Shown here: positions 13,699 to 25,700 of the stretch, in pieces
Position numbering within the stretch: the stretch's first letter is position 1
Layout of the letters: every line of letters starts with the position of its first letter
Assembly: GCA_051362555.1 (NCBI GenBank)
Contig: CM120644.1
Location: forward strand, 23,768,534 to 23,832,533
Length of the DNA stretch: 64,000 nt
Source: Lingula anatina
Taxonomy: Eukaryota; Animalia; Brachiopoda
Reading direction: 5' to 3'
Translations under genes and position numbers: made by a program
Notes under the pieces: model-generated
Told to the model about the DNA's origin: nothing
What the model saw: the letters and a program-made list of their open reading frames with translations, nothing else
Databases searched by the model: none

Positions 13699-14250
13699 CC
13701 CGCAAAGCTTGCTGGGCCATAATATGAGAAAAGCATGAATGGGTCTTTAAAATAGAGTCAAAATTTCCATACAACATGAGGCAGCAGGTAGGCAAGTCGG
13801 ATTTTTTGCAACACTCCTGTCACAACATGCTGGAATGAATAAAAGTTTTGTAAGCAAAAACCGGGAATGGGGCCCACGTGGCCCCTTAAACCGTGTATGT
13901 CAGATATTTTTATACTGCTGTTCCAATGACCTCTGCAGTGAGTACAGATCAAGAATGGAACCGCAAGGCTTGCTGGGCCCCTGTTTGGTTTATGCAGAAG
14001 TAATCCTTTAAATGGAGTCCAAATATTTCTTGGGACATTGTCGGACATTCATAAAAGTTGACCCAATATCCTCTGACTTCAGGAGAATATAAGGATGAAC
14101 AGTCGCTTCTTGATCAGCAGCAGATGATCGGTATTTCATGGCTACAGATGAAAAATCGAAACTCTTCACACCTTATGTCTGTAATAATGTATGATTAACC
14201 CGCAAGGCTTGCTGGGCTGATGACTGGCCAGTATAGAGGTAGCCTTTAAA
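13699..14250. repeat. Degenerate ~250-bp periodic repeat with conserved core CCGCAA(A/G)GCTTGCTGGGC (3 copies)
   Basis: Cores at ~13700, ~13961, ~14200, each followed 20-30 bp later by ctttaaa. Confidence 0.7.
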
Positions 14251-17200
14251 ACCTGTTAAGTCATGCGCACTGTAAACCCTCATCCGATTGCACCTTTTCC
14301 TCTGGACTAGGAAGATCTTGCAGATGCGGCAGGGCGTTGTGGGCCACAGATTGACGCAAGCGGAGTCCGTCCTTCAGTTGAAGGTGTTTAAGTTTAACAT
14401 ATAGAAGGTAAGTCTCCGACCGGAAGAACACATAGGAAGATTTCGCTGGGGCATGACCGGTAAAGGACTGTGTACCGGCACTTTCACGGGACAGTGGTGT
14501 TCCTGACAGGTATACAAAACTGAAAAATCAAAGAAAAACGCACGCAGTATGATGGTCAAATATAATGCAAGCAAAGTTTTGTCGGCAGAGGAAACAATTG
14601 TGGTATGATGGAGGAGACGGGGAAGGCGGTGGGTGAAATTTTCTTAACTGAAGGTTTAAGTTGAAGGTTGGAGATAACTTGCAGCTTAAATGTATCGTGC
14701 GCGTCAACAGAATGAATCGAGCGCAAAATGGGTCAGGCAGTGACACCCCATGGTATAAGTAGCAACATGTGCCTCAATTGGGACCACCCCTCTAGGTAGA
14801 ATTGAGCATGTGCAGAATGCGCATGTGCGTAAATAAGCTCTGAAGATTGTTGTCGCCATAAAATCTCGTTTGACTACGCCAAACTTTCCTATAATAAGCT
14901 TTGTAGGATATGAATATGACTGTGGGGGATTTATTTTCAAACGCACAGAGGGAACCTTTAAAATTCATTTTGGCGGGAAACTCCCATGGCTTGGCCTTCT
15001 GAAGTGAACATTCACGAGATTTTGGTATATAGACATGTCATTATTCCGTTTATACTAACCAATATTATAACAACCGTCAGTTGTGTAATAAGATAATTTA
15101 CTTCTCTGCAAATGTCAAGCACATCATGTGGTATGTATCTGTCGGGTTAGTTGTGGAGATGTGTGTGTGCGGGGGGGGGGGGGGGGGGGGGGGGGTCGTT
15201 TGTCATATCGAAATAAACCATTCAGTCTTTTTTCTGTTTATTTTATATACATATTCTTTAAGCAGACGAAAATCTGCGTCAGCGAACGAACGTTATTTTT
15301 ATCATTATTTTCTTTTGTTTTTTAAATTAAATTTTCTTTTGAATGTTTCGAGACTAGTTGATACGAAAATTAAATTTGCTTTTTCTAGTTCTAACCTGTC
15401 ATGGCATATAAGGGTATGTAACCCTTTGCAATCTTCAGTGTTCAGTGAATAAATTAATTACTATTTACACATATGTTTCCTCACGGGTGACGTCATAATT
15501 GCAATTTGGGGGTAAAAAAACTGAAAAATCTTTTTTTTTCAAATTTCTCTGTTAACGCCGATTTTATGACAATATTTAGTACTACAAAACCATGCCAGCA
15601 ATTTTTATTAAAAGTCGTAGTTCAGATTTTATCGTTGATAAAGCAAAATAATGTATTTGATAAATGAAAATCTGTAATCAGGGGCTAATAACTCAACAAC
15701 AAAAACATTTATACCAAAATTTCTGCTTGGGATTGTTGCCTATACACTTGTGGTCAAATTAGTCAGTTTTCGTGATAAATTAATGTTCAGGGAGAAATTT
15801 ACGCCCCATACCGATGGCTATCTCACCTAAAAATAGAAAGGTTTTAACCTGACGATTAAAGCATATGCTTAGGCATTGCAACGAAAAATATAAACACCGA
15901 CATTTTATAATTCAAAGGGTTTTTCATTGTTGTAAAAAAAGCACCACTATAGATGCGTTATTGAATAATTAGATGCAGGAACAACTCATTTTCGGTTTCT
16001 GGATGATAATAAAGGGTTGCAATATCCTTAAACTTGGGGATGAGCGTACAGAAATAATGAAAATCTGATCGTTTTTCAAGTAGTTGATGGTCGATTTGGA
16101 TTTAACTCCAGTTTTACTCAGCAACAATGTGAATATGATTATCCTTGTCCCGTTGTACAGCCCCGTTTGAGAGTTTAAAAAATAATACTTTATGTGCCGA
16201 CAACCGGCCTATAATTAAGCATTCATTTTGCAACCAAAGCGAAGGTTGTGCCTTTTTTCTACGACCACAGCTATGCCACTTTCATTGTCTCACAAAGGAC
16301 GCAGAAAGGACGTCGTCCAGTGTAAAGGGGCATTTAGATTTAGACATAATACCAGCTGGATCGATCCAACTCAGCGAGAATTCTCTCTGAGAGTGCAACC
16401 AATATCATCAGCTTAATTGTCTGGCACGCCCCCCTAGATTGTGGGCAAAAGGGGGTAACTAACTTTAGCGTGCGCTCGGCTTAATTAGTTGCTCCATAAC
16501 GCAGAATCAAGCTGGTGCTATGCCTGGATCTGAATGCTCCTTAGGACAAACTGAAGTTGTAAAAGCTACCGATTTCGGACAAAAACTACTTTCCTATGAT
16601 ATATTTCAATTTCAATTTGCATTTCACATACATTTTTTATTTGCACAAGAGAATACCTACACCGAGCTTGCGTAACTACGATATCGACCGTTTCAGCCAG
16701 CGGCTCCCTTTCCAAAAGCTTTCTGTTCTGCTGAATAACCCCCAGAGTTATTAAACGTACATTTGATTAATTGCTGTGTGCTCTCCAGCAGTCTGCTTTA
16801 TGATATATTCACAAGTTCCCCTCAACCGAAAAGACGAACACTTAATTTTTCCCCTGTTTTTGGACTGTTTACATGGTTGCACACCCACTCATTTGCACTT
16901 GATATGGAAACACATTTTAACATCAGTCATTCTTTGCTAGTGGTGCACTGCGGGGGGACCATAACAAAAATGTTATTTAAATTTAGATAGCCGACATAAT
17001 TCTCATGACATCGTTGTGTATGTTTCATTAACAAATCAAAGAAGCTGCATGAGCAAGGAGGATATTGTTATAAAAGCAAAAGAAGAGAAAAAGCAGAAAA
17101 TATATCGAAATTACCCTCAAAATGGCGTCTTTTTTTGTGGAATTTCGACCCTACCTCTATTTAGGAACAGTTTGTTTAGGGTTTGAATGAATTATTGAAG

Positions 17201-17929
17201 CAGGGAATACACCTACTGCAAGAAGATATAATAAACAGAATGTGCAAATGGTTATTTAAATAAAAATTTATTTGAAGTCACTGAAAAATGATCACAAAAT
17301 TAGCTTAACTTACGATACATGCGGTGTCCCACCCCGATGAAAATTTCATCTAATCCTATCTTTCCGTATTAAAACTGTTCAATCGTCCAAAGTAGTATTT
17401 CGGTTAGTTTGTGTCACGAAATCCATGATAATATCAGTTTTCTTAAGAATTTCACATTTATTGCTCAGCAAGGTCGATATTTCTTCACCGCGTCCCAATA
17501 TTACGTTCGCAACGCTGAAACTTCAGAGATCGATTCTTATCAGACGACTTTAAAATGCCGCGTGAAAATTATACATCGATAGCGATCTTCTTCCATACTC
17601 ACTAACTGATGACGTCTACACACGAATGGCTTCTTTTACACACTAAAAAAACCAGCTCAAACTGGCGGGTGGCCCATTCTGATAACATGTCACGCAATGA
17701 CGCTGACGAGATAGGATGCAGGGCACAGGTGTAATTCCCTCGATTTAACCGTCACAGGATTGTTTATCTTCTTTGTATGAAGGTGAGAAATAATGAGTTT
17801 CGTTTCATTTTTCTTCAATTGTTTCAACATATTTGTGTACCGATTGATTTTTACCATTCTATAGGGTGACTTCGTCTGAACTTTCGTTTTGCGTCTGTGT
17901 CACATGGGGGACTAAAGGTCGGGGTCCGC

Positions 17930-18680
17930 CATATAGATAAACGTCCCAATAAAATATTCGCCCCGATAGATACGTCTCTATACATACACGTCTCAATAGA
18001 TTTACGTCTCGTTAAATTTACGTTCCGATAGATCCACCAACAGATTCCTATAAACCCACGTATCTTTAGATCCAGGTACCGCTAGATCCATCTATCTGAC
18101 ATCGTAATCGGCTAAAAGGCCCATATCAACTTGCGTTGTGAACTTTAGAACACATTTTTATGTTCTTTTTTGTTTTGTTTTGTTTAGAACACATTTACAT
18201 GTAAATTCAGAACACTTTTTACGTGTTCGAATGTTGCATTTTGAGAACGCTTTAAACAGTGTTCTGACGCTGTGAAATATAGAACACACTTTTGTTCTTT
18301 TTATGTTCTTTCACTGAGTATTGTGTGAAAACGATCTAGTAGAATAATATATTGCTGACTGCGTACTGCCGTTTTAAAGAAGTGCATTTTATGTACTGAG
18401 TAGTATACCAACTATTTCGAGCAATAGTGTACCTGTAATGGATCTATCGGTATTTGGATCTAAAAATACGTGGATCTATAGGTATGCGGATTTAAAGGAC
18501 GTGGGTTTATGAGGACGTCATATCTATAGGAACGCAAATATATAGGACAGCAGAAAAAAATCGGATCTATCGGTATTTAAATCTAAAAAGACGTTTTTTC
18601 CGTTTTTCCTTTATGTATCTATCGGTAACGGGAGTATAGGGACGTGTAATATTTTGGGACTAAATTTTATCCGTACGTAC
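17930..18680. repeat. Foldback-like element with degenerate subterminal repeats in inverted orientation
   Basis: Left arm has repeated acgtc(c/t)..tagat motifs; right arm has the complementary gatctat..ggacgt motifs; AGAACAC-rich interior. Confidence 0.5.
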
Positions 18681-20689
18681 CCTAAAGGTCATATTGAACA
18701 TGGTGACGCGGTGATACCGTATTCATGTTCTCTTGTTCTCGAAAACTAAATCATCGAAATTGAATTACTTTTTTTTAGTTTTGTCTTAAATTAAGCTGCT
18801 ACACTGTATTCCGTGCGTTTAAAATTTAACCGTCTGTAAAAACAGCAATAATGGATTACTAGCAACACTTACGTTACGCAATGAAGCACCGAAAATGGGT
18901 GAAGAAAATGTGTCTCAGTAATGCGTGTTTGCCACTCATAATGCACTGTACTTTCTTTGAATAAGCAATAAACTATTTGTGATCTTAGGTTATCCATTGT
19001 TCGTTATCATAGTTAACAGATTCTTTGTGTGATTTTTTTTTCAGAATCCCAAGAGTGGATGCCTTAGTGAGCACAGAACAGATATCACCATTGGTCCACA
19101 TATGTCAGGAAGAATGTTATAATTATGAACTTTGTGTTACACTGAACTTCATTTTGTTAAATTTTGTATTTAACTGAACTTTATTGGGTTAAAATAATAA
19201 TAAAAAAATAATAATTCAGATAAAAAACTACAATCTGGAACATTCTTTAGATCAACTTTGTTCAGTGTGTGTCCCATGTGACAGAGTTACAGTAAATAAA
19301 ATATGTGCATTATTCCTCTGTGTTTGTCAATTCCATTTTAAAAGCATGTGAAAGTGGTGTGCCCCTCATGATTGAAGTGTGTATGGATAATAGCAAAAAT
19401 ATTGTTATTATTTACATGATTATAAAAAGTTTTTGTACCCGCGTCAATAACGTTACCGTGACCCACATATTCACCATTTTTATTAATTATGAAATGTGGA
19501 TTAAATTCTTCAAACCCAGTTTTGAAGCATTGAGACAACACCCCCTTATGATTTAAACTAAAACTGAAAACATTCCATTAGACTTTCATTAGTTTGTGCA
19601 AAATATATTGCCCAGGGTAACGCGTCTTGGATTTGGTGGGTATAGCTGTTCAACTCTCCTGTGTGCCCTAAAAAGGGCAGCTGCTGTTTCCCTTTTTATG
19701 AAATGATAAACTGTGATGGTGTAGCTATCACATCGCAAAATTACAGCTTCCCAGAGAAAGTTTGAAATTTTCGGTCAAATTCAACATTTTGTAACCACTA
19801 GCAAAGAATGACAGACATGGATATGGATCTGAATATGCTATCGAGCATTTCTTCACGCCTCTCAGCACCAGTCATTATACCAAGAGACGAAAGCAACGTA
19901 TTGGAAAGCGTTCTTATGGTTTCCAAGTTAATGTACGTTTGTTATGGGGTTGATGTATGTTGCATCATAAAAAACACACTTTTTGATGCCTGGTCAATGA
20001 CGATGACGGAAAGGAATTATCACTGTATACCCCAGTATATAGCATGACACCTTCCAGTAAGTCGCTTTTCTCTGCCATCTGTTTCAAATGCATTCGATGT
20101 TTTCACTGAGATGTTCAATCTTATTATTTCAAATTCATGCTCAAAAGCAAAAATCAAGATTGCATCCCCAAATGGGTAAGAATCCACTGGATGTTGTTTT
20201 GAACTGAAGGACAACATGACCTTAATTCAAAACTTACCTTTCTAAATTCCATTTTTGATCTTGAACATTGATTAAAAATCAGAGTAGTTTAATGGAATCT
20301 TTGCCAACTAATAAAGTATAAACAATTCAATAGTAACCGTTGTTCCCTATTCTCGACTATAAAACCGAAGTCAGAAGTAACGAATGGTTATCGTTAGATA
20401 GCACTTTGTGACTCTCTGCCGTCCAATGGGACACGGAAATGCCGTAAAGGAGGATCCCATGGGGGAAGAAGTGATCACAGTTCAGGAAGTAAAATCATCA
20501 ATGCACAAATCACAGAAAATAAAACTTAATTTATATCTCACTGATCATGCAAGTCGAAAATCCTGAAAATTACGAAACACCGGTTTCACAAAGGCGGAAA
20601 TGGGCTGTCTCACCAAACAATCTAAATAATATAAATGTTTCACTTATCTTGGGAAATGAAAAGTGTCTAGCGCGGGTAACAAAAAGAAA

Positions 20690-20863
20690 ACTAGAAAAGC
20701 ACTCCGAGAGCGCAGACCTCTGCTAAGGAAGCGATTTTTTATTATTATTGATCCGGATCACCACCAAAAACTAATCATCTCTTCCCTGGCCCACTTCAGA
20801 CAGTTCCTGAAAATTTCATCAAAATCGGTCCATAACTTTCTGAGTTATGTTGATGACAAACAA

Positions 20864-20895
<32 letters not shown>

Positions 20896-20927
20896 GGGTG
20901 AAAACATAACCTCCTTCTCGGAGGTAA
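20690..20927 (+). mobile_element. Short non-autonomous element, Helentron-associated/DINE-like
   Basis: Internal (ACAG)n microsatellite and 3' hairpin ACCTCCttctcGGAGGT before an A-run; degenerate copy ~51100-51230. Confidence 0.55.
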
Positions 20928-21377
20928 AAATGGGACGTGCAAAAAGAGGAAAAAAGAGCTTCATTTTCTTCTTTACGAAACAAGACGCCATTCGTAGAAA
21001 CAAACCACACAATAAGAATTTCAGTGGAACACACGTGATTTGTGTGTTGTGCCACTTTTTGTCAAAACTCATTTAGGGGTAAAAAAAAAACAGTCACGAA
21101 AGCTTATGTTATATTTACTATTCCATTCATTGTGATTGATCACTAGGAATCGCAATTTATCTCACTTCCACGGATTTTTTCCCTATCAAGTATCTTCCAT
21201 GGACCCCCGTTATTCTTATCATTGTTGGTAATCAATTATAGATTAAACTTGGCACAGTCAATTTACAACATGATTTATTTATAAGGAATCGATATCACAG
21301 TTCTGACCAGTCGGTAACAATAGGGTGAAAAACGTTCATTGGTATCATGTGAAAGCTTAATTAATCAGTATACTATC

Positions 21378-21630
21378 AGTGGTGGACTTAGGGGGTGTCA
21401 GGGGTGGGGTGGTTGTGACCCCCCTCTTCGATTTTTGAAATAAATCACACCAATGGTTCCCTTTTGAAATTAGAATTTTGACTAGCTTAATCATAGTTCT
21501 AAACCGTATCAAATGGCATCGTTCGCCCTCTAAAATACCCCCCAAAAAGCGGGCTCCGAAACCAACGTCAAAGGGGTGGGGAGTTGGCTTCGCATCCGCG
21601 ACCCCCCCCCCCCCTTCAAATAATCCTGTA
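21378..21630 (-). mobile_element. Non-autonomous element (CAGGGGCGGAT-type termini); second copy 45148..45419
   Basis: Reverse-complement similarity to 45148-45419, including the C/G homopolymer tracts. Confidence 0.65.
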
Positions 21631-22331
21631 TATTGTTGCCATTCGCTGTTTGTACTGACAGACATTGGACTATTAAGATATTTACCGACACAGGAATACC
21701 CTTCAGCAAGACAATAGTAAATAAAAATGCAATCATTGAGACGATACAGTGTATCGCCGTTTTCTGTAAAATTTAAATAGGGAAAATCAATAATTTAAAA
21801 AAAAAACGTAATAATAGTTTTCAAATAAAGCTTCATCAGTCTTAAAGGTTCTCATAAAAATGATAATTTTCATCTATCTATTCTACAAACGGGGACATGA
21901 AAAGAGACGCGTCGTGCGGAACCAACAAACATGTTCTGTCAGGCTGACAATTCTGGGAGCAATTAATACTTCAGATAGCAGCAAAGGGTGCAAAGATTTG
22001 CTTAGCGAGCACATGATTTATCGGCAGCCCTGAGAGAGAGAGTGGAAAGTCTCAGTTATCTACTCAGCTCATGATGACAAGGTAGATACAGACGCTCTTT
22101 CAAACCGCTCCTGAGTAACTCTGTAGGTGGATGTTTTAAAGCGGCGACTGTCTCCTACCTGCTGTGATATCAGGCGTCGATGCTAAAGCAACCAGAGTCA
22201 ATATTATTCAGAATTAGCAAAAGTATCTAGCCGATTATTAAAACGTTGATTTTCGTTATTTAAAAGTGACGTCACAGTAAAAGAAGTCCACAGAAAGTGC
22301 TACCTTTGCAAGAACTTACATAGAGAAGATC

Positions 22332-22706
22332 ATGGTGTTAATGTCAAACCTCGGACACCTCTTCGTGTTGTTTACAATTATAGGACAATCCAACCATGTA
22401 AAGCGGTGCAACAGATGTGTCACCTTCACAAAACAATCCAAGAAAATATGTCCACGAAATCAGGGTACTTATGATCACGAGCCTTCTGTGCACTTTGCCG
22501 ACATTGAGGCAGGTTGCATATTGTGCTGCGTTAAAGAGTGCATTAATCTCCCCGCCTGCGTCTCTGTAGCGTTTGACAAGATAACAGGGAAATGTGAGAT
22601 GTCGTCCCAGATTCTTGATAAAAGCTCAGCAACGATGGGAGAAAACTGCGTCTATTACACATCGGTAAGAAAATATATTTTTCTTTTCTCTTGTTTTCAT
22701 TATACT

Positions 22707-22750
<44 letters not shown>

Positions 22751-25700
22751 TTAATTAAAAAATCGTTTAAAAACACGGAATCTACTGCAAAAAGGAATAG
22801 CAATACGAAAAGCGAAAATAGAAATGATATAGTGAAAATAAGTTGCTAATTTAATTTTGTTTACGTTGGCATGCTGGGTGGTTCGGTATTCCATTAAATC
22901 CATGGCAGCATCTAACTTTTTATTCAAAAGATGGTTTTGGCTTTGGTCTAGGCTGAGAATATCAACCTTTATTCCAGATACAAATAGTGCTATATAAAAA
23001 AGTAAAATAAAAGGCGTCCCATACATGTATATGTAGGTAAAAAGAAATGTTTTCCGTTTAAAGCCGTATAAAGTCTTTTCAATTAACATCTTAAATGAAA
23101 ATGAAATGTTATATTCAAAACTTTTCTATTCCCCATGGACAGGAAATCAAGGTATTTAAGTGGTAATTTTGATATTTTTTCTTTAAAATGTTTTTGAAAG
23201 TATACGAATGAGGAAAATACTTACAATGTCATTTTCTGCTGAATAAAATTTGATAAGAAAGGGCAAGGAAGGTAAATGAAACAATAAAAAAATCATATTA
23301 AATAAACATCATCATCTGCCTCTATCTGATTACAATTTATTACATAAAAAAAATAAAAAAAAACAGAGACACTCTATGATACATATTATATAAGCAATAT
23401 CATTTTGTTCTGTAGTCCTTGAACTACTGGACACTGTGTTCCAGAATTACTGTAACTTTTGACTAAAGTTATGAAGGACATAAGATATGGCGGTATCGGT
23501 CACATGTCAAATTTTCGTTGTAGTCATCTCAGTGAAGTGAATCAGGTTGATTTATTTACACAGACAATAGTATTTTATCTGTAGCTTATTAAACTCAGCT
23601 TTTTGTTGCCAATTTTTCTTTCGACAAAAAGAAAAAAAAAAAGATAACAAATAACAATAATAAAACGTCTGCTGAAAATGTACCCAATTCAAGACAAATG
23701 ATTTCCATAGAAATTGGTTCTATTTGATTTCCTATTGTGAAAGTACTGTTTGGACGATTTGATCATCGTTCCATGTGTAGGCCAGGGGGATTAAATTGGT
23801 TAAATATATTTTCTTAAAACCCCTATACACTGGGGGGGGGGAGGCGTCCTTTCTGCGTCCTTTGTGCGACCATGAAACTGTCATTGCTGAGGTCGTAGAA
23901 AGGAGGCAAAAGCAGCGCGCTTTGGTTGCAGAATGAATGCTCAAAGGCCCGCCAGTTGTCGTCACGTTATATATTATTTAATTACTTTTTACACTCAAAC
24001 GGGGCTGCACTACGAGTCACAGAAAGGACGCCGTCCAGTGTAAAGGGGGCTTTGTTCGTGTTTAATTTTTGTTTGATGATTCAGATGTGGTCATGATCGT
24101 AGTTCGCACTACCAGAGATACCTACACTGATGCTCATAAGTTAAGCAACACTTTCTTATTTCTCGAATTTCTCAGCAACCAAAAAATTTATTGAGGCAAA
24201 ATTTGTACAGTAGCTAGATATTTCTCTTGTTTTTACTTTGACTTACTGGACCGTGACATTAGAGTACTATTTACTGTTGGACACGATAGAATATGCAATG
24301 GGGGTGCCACTTGCGAAAACCACAGTTTGGCCATGCCATGAGGGGCTTCCAGTTTGGCTAGTTTCATGGGCACAATTTGTTATTTTGGACTAACCAATGG
24401 TTAGAAGAGGACTCAACGAGGTAATCAGATGGCAAATAATGGGAAGGCATCGTGCTGGGGTGCCAAAGAGACAGATTGCAAGGCAACAAAAAAGCAGCAC
24501 CAAGTCAAGTGTTCAAGCTGGTAGCAAAATGGTGCCAAACTCATCATGTATTGGACAAGCCTCTTTCTGGTAGACCAATATTAACCGACGCAAGAGATGA
24601 AGATATCTGGTTCGATTATGCCACCAGGACCAGTTCATATCAGCAAAACAATGAAAAATTGCCACCGTAAGTCATTCAAGGGAGGTGCCCTGGTCAACAA
24701 TACAGAGAAGAAATACCATTGGGGTGCATGCAATCACACATTTAAGCAAATCCAGAAAGAAAAATCATTTTGGTGCAGGACAATGCGCCCATCCAGAAAG
24801 CATGGTCCGTGCAAGACCATCCCACATTTGGATTGGCCTGCATATTTATCAATTCTCAATGTAATAGAACATGCTTAGGATATGATTGACAGGGCAGTAA
24901 ATGAGAGGTATAACGTCCAGTTAGAAACATTAGAGAGGTCCAGCAGGCAGTAAATGAAGAATGGAACCGGCTCTCAAAGCAAGATTGGCAGAATTTGATG
25001 GCAAGTTGCAGGAGACAATGTGAAGCTGTTGTTCAAAACCAGGGAAAGCACACTCGATATTTATTGCATAATAGACGATTAATCATCTATTATCTACAGT
25101 CTTCTTTTATTAAAACTAATTCTTAAATGATCGAACTTTATTTTTTCATAATAAGCTGTTTTAATCAGCACGTACTTTTTGCTGTGTGAGCATACTTTTT
25201 TGGTGTTGCTTAACTTATGAGCATCAGTGTAAACTCTCGTAAAATACCATTAAGTTTGCTAGCTCGCAAAAGTTACCGTCAGTCAAGGGATGTACGGGGT
25301 GACAGAACGATCGGGGTGAGTTACGATGACATGAATAGACCGTGCACCGATATGTGAGCCTGTTTTTGACAACTGTGTAACAAAAGTGCTTTTTTGGCGG
25401 CTTTCGTATATATAACATTCCAAGTGCAGATTGGACTAAGCATGAGTACTATTCATAAACAAAGGTAAATGTACAGTAAGCGAAATATTGCGTAACACTA
25501 TAAGTGCCCTGATCAGAGAACATCAGTGAATTGCTGCCTCATTATCTATTCTACCTGCACTATTAATGTGTACAGTGTATGGTTCATCGCCCCATGATGA
25601 ATGGAACTAAAGAATCAAACGAGCGTAATGACTCGAAAACATCTCAGTCAACGAAAAGACTTCACTCGGAACTCTCAAACTCCAGTGGCGATGAATCTCA

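Larger units (their letters stand above)
6..15060 (+). repeat. Copy 1 of tandem segmental duplication (copy 2 ~21882..38260)
   Basis: Position 6 matches 21882 (tctacaaacggggac). Promoter, exons, introns and downstream blocks (7850-7954/11211-11770 vs 33900-34457/35977-36050; 12600-12885 vs 37790-38082; 14910-15060 vs 38110-38260) are colinear apart from insertions. Confidence 0.85.

Noticed and set aside
13699-14250. Repeat-spacer pattern as a CRISPR-like array
   Set aside because: Spacers are ~230-240 bp and partly similar to each other; only three cores.
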